Below, piece by piece: positions 12,529 to 28,912 of a stretch of 64,000 nucleotides of DNA. Below the pieces are notes generated by a model. It did not search any database. It worked only from the letters and a program-made list of their open reading frames with translations, and was not told the DNA's origin. Position numbers and translations under genes: made by a program. Position 1 is the first letter of the stretch. Each line of letters begins with the position of its first letter. The DNA comes from Cycas panzhihuaensis (lineage: Eukaryota > Plantae > Cycadophyta): the NCBI GenBank assembly GCA_023213395.1, contig CM041465.1, positions 190,099,741 to 190,163,740 on the forward strand, written 5' to 3'.

Positions 12529-13870
12529 TGTGAGAAGGAGGCACATGCACAATGTAATCACAGAATCATAAATTATGCAAACACAGGTAACAAGATAATA
12601 CTGCACATATACACAGATTGATAGGTGGAAAACCCCTTTTGGGGAAGAAAAACCACCTCCTAAAGTTCTAGTTTTATTAAGAATTATTGTAAACAGAAAG
12701 ACAAATATGTAAACCACCTAACACCTAAACCAGCCTTTGGAAAGGCATCAAGACAACCCTCCTAGATTCATGGAACCCACTCCTTGAATCTAGGAGATGA
12801 ATTTATATAATGAAAGGTTTGTTGAAATGCAGTTCCGCATTTCAACCACCTTTCACATAAGTTAATTAATAAACATAAAGTTTAAACATTAGGATAACTT
12901 AAATATACATTTAGACATGTGACTTAAATATGAACTTTAAAAGATTACATTAACATTCTAACAAAATTCATGGGGATAAATTCCCCTAAATCATTAGTTC
13001 TATTTGTAGAGGAAATAGAAAAAATGATTTATAAATGTCATGTTCATTTCATCATAATATTATTCCATATTCAATTAGAGGAGTCAAAGGAAGAGTTGCC
13101 ATAGACTAAAAACAAGAAATAAATCTACTCAATGATTACTAAGATGACTTTCAATAGTTACAAAAGATCCCATCACCTGGTTAAATCATGAAATACCTTA
13201 TTAAGTGGAAGGGATTATTATAATAGAAATTAATTTAAGGAGGAAAATAGTTTATCAGAGAATATCCATCATTACCAATGCTTTATATGTAAAGTATTTT
13301 TATTGGGAGAAGAGTTATTATGAATCTAATCCATAGTTAGTAGGTGATATACTAATTATTCTTATCCAAACTAGGGAAGAATTTCATTAATTAATAAATG
13401 GTGGTATCTTTTAGGAAGTCAATTTTGTTAAAAGGGGGATTTAAGATGACTATATAAATAGGTATTAATCCTTTATAATTTCTTGAGTTATTATAGATCT
13501 AAATTTGAGAGCTTAACTCTTTGAGGGACCTATCCCTATTTGGTTTTTCAAATTAGCTTTTAAGATATTGAATTATTTATTTCTACAATTGAAGAAGAAA
13601 ACCCTTGACATATGGTTATCTTTAAGGAGGAGGATGTGTGGCCTCATGGCTTATTATGAAATTACTTTGATAAGGGTACCACATTCAATCTAGTAGGATG
13701 ATGGGAGCTTTCTAACATGATTCAATTCATACATGTGAGAGGTTTGATTCCATCACATGATATTGCATAAACCTAGCCTTCAATAGTACCACTATCCTTA
13801 ATTAAGCTTTCAATTGTCTCAAATATAGACATACAATACTCCTACAAGTGTAGAACTTGTTGTCATGCCA

Positions 13871-14136
13871 TGAGACCACCAAGAATGAGCAATAAAATGA
13901 TAATAAATTAATAATAAATAGGAGATAATGATGTTAGATAAATAAATAGAAATAAATGAGAAGCATTGAGGGAGATGCCAAGTACCAAAGTATCAAATAT
14001 GGAAATTAATGAATTGTCTAAAAGAATAAAATGATCATAGGTTTTGATTAACATGACTCCCATATTTATAACTAAAATAGTAGGCCATTTACGGAGTTGA
14101 CTTTGATACTTATTAAAATAATAAAGGCTCATTATA
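13871..14136 (-). mobile_element. 5' LTR of an old minus-strand LTR element
   Basis: The duplicate copy at 44022-44274 is preceded by an intact rc PBS gctctgatacca (44010-44021). Same family as 28630-28912. Confidence 0.7.
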
Positions 14137-14254
14137 TTATGTAACCTATTTCTCCCCTTTTCATTCTTGATCCATTAATAAAAGATGACTCTCTAGATGT
14201 CAATCTAGAAATCTATCTTCCCGAATGATTACTTTCCTCCTTCAAATTCTTTTA

Positions 14255-14860
14255 ATGTAGTTTTCTAGTTTTTCTTGGGAATGTTAGGGGATCTTTCTTA
14301 GCCTTAGGGTGAACACTCATAAGGAATTACATATTGTTAGAAGTGGGAATCCCTAATTTTCTTACCATTCAAGAGTGTAAAATTGCTAATAATAAGTTAT
14401 TTATAGTAGTTTATAACATTTGGGTGTCAAAGAATTTTGATTCTTTTAATTAGCCTCTAGTCTCAAGTGGTATGGTTCTCTCCTCTGTTAATTGGTTAAA
14501 AGAATCTCTACTATATTCAAGTTTTGATCCTTATGTTCATTCTACTATGGCTACTTTTCATTGCTAGAATTTTCTTTTTGGAATCCTTACTATTTATATA
14601 ACTATCGATGCATCCCTACATATAATTACTTGTAATTACTTGGAAAATTTCCTACCTATTGCCCACTAGGTTGTGGTAGGTGATTTTAATATGGTTAAAT
14701 CTATAGATGTTAACTTACAAAGAATTCATTCCTTTTTGTTTAGCCTAAATTTAATGGTTGGTAAACTTTTAATACTCATCTTGGACTATTTAAAGGGCTC
14801 TCATTAGCTTCTAATTTTTCTAAGTTTACATAGTCTAATTGTAGTGATGGTTCTTATTGA
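14255..14860 (+). pseudogene. L1 LINE AP-endonuclease fragment
   Basis: SW(N)VRG (~14273-14290, with a 1-nt shift), LTIQECK and VVVGDFNMV (~14670-14696). Confidence 0.7.
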
Positions 14861-17800
14861 CCGTTTAAAATGTACCCTTTTGAGGTAATTATTTAAGCTA
14901 ATTTACAAGTGTTTAGAGTAATATTCCCTTAATATAATGATCATTTTTACCTAACTCTTTGTTTCTTATATATTCTTCATATACAATTTTATCTATACTA
15001 CTCACCCATATTTAGTTCTCATCATACCCCTATTCTTCACTTCTTATTTTTCCCTTATCGGTCTTTCATTATTTAGTCCTTTTTATCCCCTTTCACCTCA
15101 CCAATCTATAATTCTTTACATCCAATTTTTACTTTCCACATATTATCCTTGTATGTTTATATCAATATATCCTAATCTTGATCTAAAGCAACATTACCCC
15201 TTATCCTCCAACATCTCCTCATAGGCCTCAATAACTAATATTTATTTCCTCTATATACTTCTTATTCATTGCCATGTACACTGATGTAAGAGCATCACTG
15301 TACATATATTTTTTTAGTTATTAGACTAAGGAGATTTTTGTTTGTAAAATAGTCCACATGATGGAGAAGTCTAAACATGATTTATATGAAGATTTTATAA
15401 GAAAATACAATGGGTGAACTTTAGTATTCATAAAATATAGGTGTGTAAGTGTACATGTTTCATATGTTACATTTTATAAGAAATAATTTACATAAGGTGT
15501 GATGGGAAGATTAATTGTTATAAGTTATGAATCCTTAAGGTGGTGGGTCATGAATACGTCATGGCTGTTTCTTAGAAGGGATGCATCAACATATCAAGAG
15601 TAATTTATAAGTGGGCCAGATGCTTACAATAAAAGAGAAAGTTTGGTATTTTTATGTAGGAATAAGTCATGATAAAAATAACACTATTAGACTAAGAGAC
15701 ACATGGCACCACCATAACAAATATGCATCTATTGGGTTTTTTCATAGGAATAAGTACTAGGAAGAGATCTTATGAGAAAATAAAGTGTAAATTAAATCTC
15801 AACATGATAGATGGATGATTCACAAAATTGTAGAGACACAATAAGAGTAATAGTTATATGGGAAGGAATTGACTAGCTAATTACTATGTAGATAAATCAT
15901 AATAAGTTCTTTGTGTGAAGCACATAAGTATTATTAATATATTATGTATGCATATCTAATACTAGTGGAATTTTTAAAATATGTATCTTTATATACCTAG
16001 CATAAATTAAAGAATTATGGGTGGAATATGGTAGATATTAATTCCATCATTAAAGACACTCTATGAAGGAGCCTCAACCAATAATCAAATCTATAGTAAA
16101 TATCTTAGACTTACAGTTAATGATTAATGGAATGAATGGATATAAAAACAAGGATATATGGGACTTAGGTTGAATTAGAAGGGATTTCTTTTATCTCCTT
16201 GGCATTTAAGGATGTTTTATATTCTTAGGTAATGATTTAATAGAGAATAGACAAGAGTAACACTTAGTGGAGTTGTATAATATAATCTGAGCTCTTCTAG
16301 GCATTCTCTTTATAATGTACAATTATAGTTGTTAATTAATAATTTCTTTTGAAATGTCTTAGTTATGGTGCTCTATATTATGAGTTAGTATTATACTTAT
16401 TTTTCATCAAACCCCTTTTATCTTTAGAAAGGTATTGAGTCATTTGGGAATCAATGCATTGTGAGGATTAGAAGAGAGCATTGTATTACTTTATATCAAA
16501 GTAAACATTGCCAAAGAGTTAAAAGTGCTAAAATTTCAAGAAGCCTTGGTAAATTAGTTCCACCATTTCTAACTAAGTTTAAGTTTTAAATAAAACTTCA
16601 AAAAATGTTGAAAAGGAGTATAAGAGGAGTAGGGTTAATATTCTACAAAGATTTTAATTTTTTAAAGAAGAAAGAAGAGAAAGGCAAAGAGAGTGACAAG
16701 GGTTAGAAGATGACCTAGAATTAGAGCCAGAAGAGGCTAGAGATGAAGAATAAGAATAATAGAGTTGATATAAAGAAATTCATGGTTAAGTACTTAAGTA
16801 AGGAGAAGAGCTCAATAGAAATTAAGGGTCTAGAATTTGGAGGAAGATTGAAAGTGGAGGAGTTACTAGATTAGATCATTGCCATAAAGAAGTTCTTTGA
16901 TTAGGATAAGATGAAAGATAACATGTGTATGAAGCTTGCAACTAAGAAGTTGAAGGGATATATAACATTATCATTAGATCATTTTCAAAAGGATAGAGAG
17001 AGGAATGGCCAACCTAATGTTAAGAGGTGGAGAGATATAATTGCTAAGATAAAGAAGAAATTTCCATCCATGGATTATTTAGGATTTATTCAAAAATACT
17101 ATAGCCTAAGGTAGAGGGAGAAGAGTGCATTAGAGTATATGGAGGAGGTTTATGAGTTATTTATTAAAGCTAGACATAATAAGAATGAGGAGAAAAAGAT
17201 AACTAAATTTATGAATAACCTAAACTATATCATTCAAGATTAACTTAGTTTGCATAGGGTAAGGTATATTGATAGAGCCTATCAAATATCTATAATGGTT
17301 GAAGAGAATCTCGCCAAAAGGAAATTGATAGATAATAAAGAAAAAGCACTACAATAGAGAGTCTGCAAAGGTTATAGATTTATAACTCATAAAAGTAATC
17401 CTAAATTTGAGAGAGCATAAAATTTTAGGATATATTTACCACCTAAAGGAAGAGGAAGATATTTTTCTTAAAGAGAAAGAGGTCAAGATAACTATATTCA
17501 ACTAAGAGGTCATGGATTTGGGAGTAGAATTCCTACACCAAAGAGAACCTTCACATGTTATAGTTGTAGACAAGAAATTCATAAGGCATATGAATGCACC
17601 TTAATAAGTGAATACATAATAAGAAGTCTAGAGATTAGATTAAATACAATATAGGAAGGAGAAAGAATTGAAACTTTAATTCCTTCCACTTCTATATGTT
17701 TAAAAGAATACTTAGTCAATCAAATGCTATTAGAAGCAAGTTGGCTAGATAACATAAATAAGGCTAACAAAGATGAACTAAAATAAAGAAAATAAATCTT

Positions 17801-19904
17801 TAAGGCTTGATGCGAGATGGGGGTAAGTTCTATAAAGTAATTATTAACAAAGGAAGTTTGTAAAAACATTGTATCTTTAAATGTAATACAATAACTAAAG
17901 TTTTTATTTAAGGAGTATGAGATTCTTTAGAAAATGTCATGGTTTAAGTGAGGATATGAGATCATGGGTAAGATGAAATATTTTATAGTCTTTTAGATTT
18001 GAGATTATAAAAATGAAATGTGATTTGATGTAGTTCCCATTAATGTATGCTATGTGTTATTAGGAATGCCATGATAATTTTACTAGAGAACCATCAATGA
18101 TGGTAGAAGAAACTCCTACACCATATTTAAGGAATGAAAGAGGTTTGTATTAACACTAGTAAGAGGTGAAGAGAAGGAAATGGTAGAAATTTTAGGGAAG
18201 AAATTTATGAAGGGAGTCTAGATAAGTGATGCATTTCATGCACTTATATTGATAAAGGTTGAGGAAGGATCATGTGAATGCATGCCTAAATAAGTAGAAA
18301 AACTCTTAGGCAATTACAAAGATATTATACTAGAGGAATTTGTAGCAAGTTTGCCGCCATTGATGGATGTTACTCATTACATTAAATTGATTCTTAGTTT
18401 AAAACTTCCTAATTAATCCTTATATAGATTATGTCCTCAAGAGCATGAGGAAGTTAATAAGTAGGTATAATAACTATTAGAGAAAGATTTCATAATGAAT
18501 AGCCTAAGCCTTTATTCTACACCTACACTTATCACCCCTAAAAATAATGGAACTTAGATAATATATATTTATTTAAGAGATACTATTATTGTTAAGTATC
18601 ACCTTCTTAGACTAAGAACAAATGATATACTAGATATGCTCATAGGAGAAAGACATTTTTTGAATATTGATGTTTAACGTGGTTATCATTAGATTTGTAT
18701 TCAAGAAGGAGATACATGGAACATTATATTTAAAATTAGAGATAGCTCATATGAATAGTTGGTTATGCCATTTGGGCTTACAAACCCACTAAGTATATTT
18801 TTGAGAATAATGAATATGGTATTGAAGTTATATCATAGGAGGTTTACAATTATTTATTTTATTGATATGCTGATATTTTAAAAATCCAAGGAAGAACACT
18901 TAAAACACTTATAAATGGTCTCCAATTTCCTATTGAGGTAGAAGTTATAAATGAACCTTAAGAATAGTGACCTTATGTCGATTTATCTAATATACTTTAG
19001 ATTTATTATCTTATATGAGGGACTATCAATAGATTTAGAAAAGATAAGAGTAATTATTAAATGGCTAGTTCTAATTAACATCACATGGTTAAGAGTTTCT
19101 ATGGAATGACAAATTTCTATTAAATTTTTCAATGGGATTAGAGATCTTATCATAGATTATACTAAGGGTAGTATCTTCTAGTGGATGAATGTGGGACAAA
19201 AGCACATTAAACTATTGGAAATAAGGGTTGTTAAAGTAGTAACAATGGTCTTACTTGATTTTAGTAAGGTTTTTGGAGTGGAGTGTGATGCTTGGAAGAT
19301 GAGCATTGATATTATGCTTAGTCATGAGGGTATACTAATTGTATTTTTCAATAAAAACTAAAAGAAGTGAAGAAGAGATATTCTACTTATGATTTAGAGT
19401 TTTATACTTTAGTATAAGCATTAAAATTTTAGAGGTATTATTTATTTCATAAAGAATTTACTCTTTATATTAATCAATAGGCTTTAAAATTTATTAATTT
19501 CAAAGTAATCTTAGTGCTAAGCATATGAAATAGGTTAAATATCTTTAGAATTATCCTTTTCTAATTAAATATAAGTCAAAAGAAATCTAACCTAGTAGAA
19601 GATATTCATAGTAGAATAGTTATGTTGTTTGCTATAACGTAAATTAAAGTCCTAGGTTTCGAAGATATTAGGGATACTATGCATAAGTCAAAGATTTTAT
19701 AAAGGTAATAGATTATTTAGAGAATCCATTAGCATTTAGAGGGAAAATATTTAATGTCTTCTTCTTGTAGGAGGGTTATTTATTCAAAGAGAAAAAGATA
19801 TGTATAATCGGTAACTCAATGAGAGAGAACACCATTCATGAAATACGTAGTGGAGGACTTAAATATTATTTTGATTAGGTTAAGACCTATGTACTAGTGA
19901 ATAA

Positions 19905-22240
<2,336 letters not shown>

Positions 22241-23502
22241 AATAAAAGATACTTTTAGCTAGGAATGCAAAAGTAAGTTGTTAAGATTATGAACTAATAC
22301 AAAGTTTATCAATTAGCCAAAGGATAATAACATAATATAGGTTTGTATCAACCTTTACTAGTGCATATAAAACCTTTGGTTGATATTTCCATGGATTTTA
22401 TACTTAAATTTCCAACTTCATAATGGATAAATAATTCTGTTTTTATTATGGTAGATCACTTCTAAAAAATGATATACTCTTTATCTTGTAAGAGGATGGG
22501 TGACACAAGTAAGATTATAGGTTTGGTTTTTAAGGAGGTTATAAGACTTCATAGCTTACTAAAAATTATCACTTTTGATAGAGACACTAGATTTCTCAAC
22601 CACTTCTAGCAATGTTATAGAAGTTGAATACCAAATTATGGTTTAGTAGTTCTTATCACCCTTAAATGAATGGACAAACTAAGGTAATGAATAAATCCTT
22701 AGGAAGTTTATTGAGAAGCATATCTAAAGATAAATGCAAGTATTAGGTTAATATATTACTATAAGTTGAATGTGCTTAAAATAGTTCAATGAATATATCC
22801 ATAAGGAAATCACCATTATTCATAGTATATTCGAGGACACCTAAGACTATTGTAGATTTGATTTAATTATCCTCAAATTAATATACAAGTAAATAGGTGA
22901 AGAAATGCAAAAACAAGTGAATAAATGCTCAAGAAGATGCATGAAGAAATGCAACAACAATTAGAATTTACTTCTTAAATTAAACAAGAAGGACTAGGAA
23001 ATTTAAGATGGGATATCTTATAATGATTTATTTATAAAAGGAAAGGTTTCCAAGGGGGACTAATAATAAACTAAAATTTAAGAAAAAAGGGTAATGTAAG
23101 GTATTAAAGAAGATAAATACAAATGCCTAAAAAATTTAAGTTACCTAATGAGCTTGATATATCTCCTATCTTTAATATTATAGATTTATATATTTATGAT
23201 CTAGTTGATGAAGGTTTTGTAGAACATTTTAAAGATTAGAAGAAATAAATTCCAAAGAAAAGAAGATAAAAGATAGAGGCCATATTAAAAAAATAAGTGA
23301 CTAAGTTGAGATAGGGAAGGTATAATCAATACCTTATCAAGTGGTAATATTCACCATTAAAAGATAACACTTGGGTACTTGAAGCAAATGTGAGAAAGTT
23401 GAACAAAGCGATGTGGAAAGAATTTGAGAAGATAAATGAGTAGGGGATCATTTAATAAATGCATTTTCTTTTTATAACTAAGGGACGATGATGTAGTGGT
23501 AT

Positions 23503-23640
<138 letters not shown>

Positions 23641-24791
23641 TTTTTCTATTAGACTTATAAGATTTTTGTTCATAAAATAGTCCACATAAAGGTGTAGTCT
23701 CAACATGATTCACGTTGAACATTTTACAAGTAAATGGAGTGGGTAAAGTCTAGTATTCATAAAGTGTAGGTGTATGAGTGTACATGTTTTCATGAGTTAT
23801 AAGCAACTTCATGTAAATTATATTAGGGAGATTAATTGCTATAAGTTATGATTCTTAGATATAGAGAGTCATAAATACATTATGATCATTGATCGAAAGG
23901 GACATGTGGTTGTATTAAAAGTAATTTTTAAGTTGTTTGAATGCTTGAAGGAGAAGAGGAAGTTTGGAACTTTAGCATAGGATCACATCATGATTAAAAC
24001 ACCATTATCAGATTGGAAAGCATATGGCATCATCATAGTGACTTTATGGCTAGAAGGTTTTCACATGAGATTTATTACTAGGAAGAGATGTTGTGAGTAG
24101 ATAAATTGCAAAGCAAATTTTAAAATGATGTGTGGATAGTTCACAAAATTATAGAGATACAAGAAAAGTAATAGCTACATGTTAAGGAACCCACTAACTA
24201 ACTACCTTATTAATTATTTACAATAAATTGTTTAAGTGAAGCAAATAAATACCATTGTCACACTATGTATCTTGATTCAATGATAATAATATTTTTAAGA
24301 AAGAGAACCTCATATAGTTAATATGTATTAAAGAATTATGTGTAGAATATAGAAGATCTGAATGATACCATTAAAAACACTCTTTGAAGGAAGCTAGAGT
24401 AATGTTTGAATTTGCAATAAAAGTCTTAGAGTTCTTGTTGATAACTAGTAGAATGAAAGGGACATAAAAGTGAGGATATATAGGATTAATGTGAAATTAG
24501 AAGAGTATTTCTTTCACTCCTTGGTAGTTAGAAGGAAAGTTTGGCTTATTGTATTTTAACTTTCAAATTACTGGTTTAGTAAAATATATAGTAGATTAGT
24601 AGTTAATGGTGTTGCATAATGTAATCGTAGGCCTTTTGAGTATTTCCTTTATAATGTATAATTACAGTTGTTAATTAAATATTTTTTGCAAAGGTCCTAG
24701 TCATAGTGCTCTATGTTTATCTCAGAAAAGTGTTGAGTTATTTGAAAATTTTTATGTTATGAGGATTGAAAGGGACCTTTGCATTATATAT

Positions 24792-25500
24792 AACTTGTCC
24801 ATATTGGATTCCTTGCATATCTTATATCCCTTATCCTATATTCATACTAACTAATTAAATTGCCATTTTCTGCATAACCCTCTCATAGACTTTTATTATA
24901 TTCTTTGTCCTCGCTTATTATTCACATAAACTTTATCTTATTGTTCCTAAATTGTTTCCCTTCTTTTGAACCAAATCCACATGGACTAAATATAGGAATC
25001 CATAATACATGCACTTCAAGATCTACCATATGGAAGGTATTATATATTAGCATATAAGGAATCTCTAAATTTAAAAATGACATTTGTTAAATCCTAAATT
25101 TAAAAATGCACTGAGAGTGAAACATTTTAAGAAGGACAAATTATTGCACTCTATTCTTACTATGGAGGATTGAGCTATGGCTAAGTTAATTAAGTGGGAT
25201 TGATCCCTAAATATATGTTCTATTTTCCAATGGAAGATAAATCATGGTTGCAATGACATTAGCTTGTACTAATGCTTTTAAGGCAAAACATGCAAAGGGG
25301 AGGGGGAGATGTTTTGTTTCTATCTCCTTAATTGGTTAAGGTATCTTTAAAATCTTATACTTTACAATTATGGTTTCAAATATATGATATCAAATTGTTA
25401 TGTATAGAACATGGTGTAGATCTATATATTAACTTTGAAATAAGTAGTTGCAAACCTCAAAGACATATTGTATAATAAAAACTAATTTTAAACATGAATT
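24792..25500 (+). mobile_element. 3' end (PPT and LTR start) of an older LTR element that hosts the CRM insertion
   Basis: PPT aaaggggagggggaga at 25294-25309 followed by TG at 25310; KLIKW chromodomain-like remnant upstream. LTR end not determined. Confidence 0.5.
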
Positions 25501-25860
25501 TATAAATATAAATTATCAGAGGTTATTGCTTAAGTTAACCCTAGTTTGAAATAATTAATAATTTAAATGTTCACCCATATATATACTGAATTGATAGGTC
25601 ATATGAAAGAATTAAATATCAGAGTTTATTATTTTTCTTTGCTCTTTTGAAAATTCAATTCCCTAAAATATGGGCAATTATTATAGAAGTTGATTTTATA
25701 AATGTTTTGTAATGAAAGTATTAAATATTATTTTATTACATTATGAAATTATAATATTTGTTATCATTTTAATACTTGTTTTTAATATAATTTAAAATTG
25801 TTATTAATATTCTATTACTTATAATGTTAAATACTTATAATATTAAAATATTTATATTAC

Positions 25861-26132
<272 letters not shown>

Positions 26133-28629
26133 ATTTATTATTAAAACCTATAAACATTTAATAAAGACTTGTAGCAATTACTTAGGTTGCTTATTAAATA
26201 CAAAATACAAAATATAGAAACATCATTATGTCCATTATTAGAAATAATATATTAATCATTGTACATACTTCCTCTTCTTGTCACCTGAAGTCTTGGATCT
26301 TGTATGTGTAAAATTCAAAAAATCACTTACTAGAACACTACCACATTTGCAATTTTTTTGTTCATATACAAAAAAAATACCAATTACCATATTGCAATTT
26401 TTCCATTAAAACCTTAATCAACAAAGTAAATCGTAAGATTGTTAATTACCTTCCTTTTTTTTTAATCCTTGGAGTGGACCGTCTTCATGGTTTAGTGACC
26501 TGATGTTAAGATCTATGTACAACAAATCATACCATATACATATGGTTGAAGATAACAATGAGGCACATGACAAACACTTGATCTATTTCGAGCTACACTA
26601 CAAATCTTAATATGTCATCCCCTAGCATCACCTTCTATGTTGCTTTCTTTCATTTCACCTACACTCACCCACAAATAACTCTTTTCATTATTTGTCCAAA
26701 CATCTAGCCATTTTGTATAACTACCCTCCATATTTCACAAATATTTCCAATACATAAATGCTTTAATAAAAGCGATGATTTTTTAGTTTTTCAGTAAAGA
26801 ATAAATAACCTCTTCAATGATGCTTCCATAGGTAGTATACATCATAGAAGAAGGGTTAGAGGAGGAGTTGGTGCCTTTAATCATATAATCTAAGTAATTA
26901 ATTAGTATAAATGCACTATACCAATTAAAAAGAGCAATGTCAAAAAGATGATAAATGAATGGGGTGTGTGAGAATGAGAGAGAGATCGATGAGTAATCTT
27001 TTATAATTTCACAAACTATGTATTTTAGAAGTAGAGAACATGTGCCACCTAATGTTCCATTTGGTTCTTTGCTCACAAGTTAGCACTTTATATTGGGCTC
27101 TTATTACAATATTTAAGAGCTTATCGCCATGTCCTAAACTCTAGCCAAAGCATACCATCTGCATGTAACACATTTCTCTTAATGTAGAAAGCACGATCCG
27201 TCAAGTGGTCTAAGTTAGTGATGATATGCTTATTCATGTGGACTTGCTAACTATGACTATGCTTTCATGAGGTCGCATGAGTCTTTGCATCTCCTCTTCA
27301 AATGAGTAAGTTCCAAAGCACAAGTAGGTGTAGCCAAGTTGGTTTCCCTATAATCAAGGTTGACTCTAATGAATGAAAAGAATAGTTACTATGAGATGTG
27401 GTAGATATAATTTATATCATGGCTTTCCTATAGATGATAAATTTTATGCTACTCTAGTTCATGTGACTATTGGATAGCCATAACATTTATTATAGTTTCT
27501 TATTATTATTTTTCTCTTGTTAGTTATGTTAACAGAGATTTATCATCTTGTCCTTTACTTATCAATAGCATACTTTCCACCCTAGGTGATGTTAATTATG
27601 TATTCATTGAAATTTTAATTTGCACATTAGAAATTACCTTTTTTATTCAAAACATGCAAATAATCTACATGGTCCTCATCTCTTATAATCTATTAGTAAA
27701 TCTATTATATTTGAGTACAGTCAATGCTCCATTGTGATGGACATTCTAAGGCCATTTTAATTGATGAAGCAACTACAATCAAGTGGCCTATGTGGATGAA
27801 GTTCTTTAACCTTCCATATATTTACGACTACTTCTTGATTGTCTTACCACTCCTCTTGGCTGATTACATTATAAACATCTAGAATGTCAATTTAGTAGCC
27901 AACCCCACCTTAGACTTTGTCCATAGTCTAACTTAGCTAAATCTCTTTTAGAGGAAATCTCCATTTATATTTGATAAAACATAGTTATTTAAAATTTGTA
28001 ATATCACAACATATCCTATGCATGTTTTGGTGTTGCAAGTTTAGTCACTTTGCTAAACCCCATTTATTTCTTATCTCTAAGGTTCAACCTCAAATAAACA
28101 AAAGAAAAGAGATGGACAAAAGGAAAGTATTAGAAAAAGTAAAAGAGATGGCCTAACTTTTGTAATCTCAACTATTTTCTTCACCCCAATGCACAAACTG
28201 CCACCCTTTGACATGGTTCCTCATGGCGATATTTCATTATGTTTTGTTAAAAACACCCCATTGAACCTTATAATGAGAATAAATAATAGACGTATATTTC
28301 TAAGTCCATGAAATGCCATTCATTTATTGATATATAAAATTCTCAACATCAACATTCAATAACTCTTCTTCTAAGAATTATCATATAAATCCCTTATTGA
28401 TTTGATTCTCTTCTAGTTACCCTCACCCCACTCGCTACCCCCCAACCACCCTCCAACCCACTTCTCCCCCTTGACCCTCGCCCCCACTCCCGCCCCCCCC
28501 CCCCCTCGGCATCATCCCTCCAATCACCAAATAATTTAGGATTACTTTAAAATTAAGTTTATTATTTAAGAGATTCTCAACAAAATTTAAAGCATTCTAC
28601 AAATTCTTTCTTGGAGGAAGTTGGTGAAA

Positions 28630-28912
28630 TAAGCCTACTAAGAACAAATAATAAAATAATAATGAATTAGAAATATATAGCTTATAGAGATGTCAAATAA
28701 ATGATTAGAAATATATGACAAGTAATGAGATAAATACCAAGTATCAAAGTGTCAAATAAGGAAATTAATCCATTGTCCCCCCCCCCCCCCCCCCCAAAAA
28801 AAAAAAAGGATCAGAAGTATTACTTAGCATAACTCCTATATTTATAGATAAAATAATGGGATTTTTATACAACTGACTTTAACAATCATTAAAATAATAA
28901 AGGCCAATTATA
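28630..28912 (-). mobile_element. 3' LTR of an old minus-strand element; interior continues at about 28913-30233 and 35245-35800
   Basis: Homologous to 13871-14136 and 44022-44274; followed by rc PPT tccttccctcttt. Confidence 0.65.

Larger units (their letters stand above)
5484..12963 (-). mobile_element. Full-length Ty1/copia LTR retrotransposon (pseudogenised)
   Basis: 435-bp TG..CA LTRs at 5484-5918 and 12529-12963, ~26 mismatches by eye. PBS TGGTATCAGAGC (rc at 12517-12528); PPT rc tcccccttta at 5919-5928. Domain order gag-PR-INT-RT-RH. Confidence 0.97.
2810..13624 (+). mobile_element. Non-autonomous Ty3/gypsy element (gag-protease-chromodomain remnants; no RT/RH/INT), interrupted by a copia at 5484-12963
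   Basis: LTRs 2810-3119 and 13316-13624 are homologous. TSD AGGAG at 2805-2809 and 13625-13629. Decayed PBS tgacatca after the 5' LTR; PPT gggagaagag before the 3' LTR. Protease motifs KVIMLIDLGSTYNFID (~5195-5243) and DIILRAKWLGTLG; chromodomain KYLIKWKGL (~13190-13218). Confidence 0.85.
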
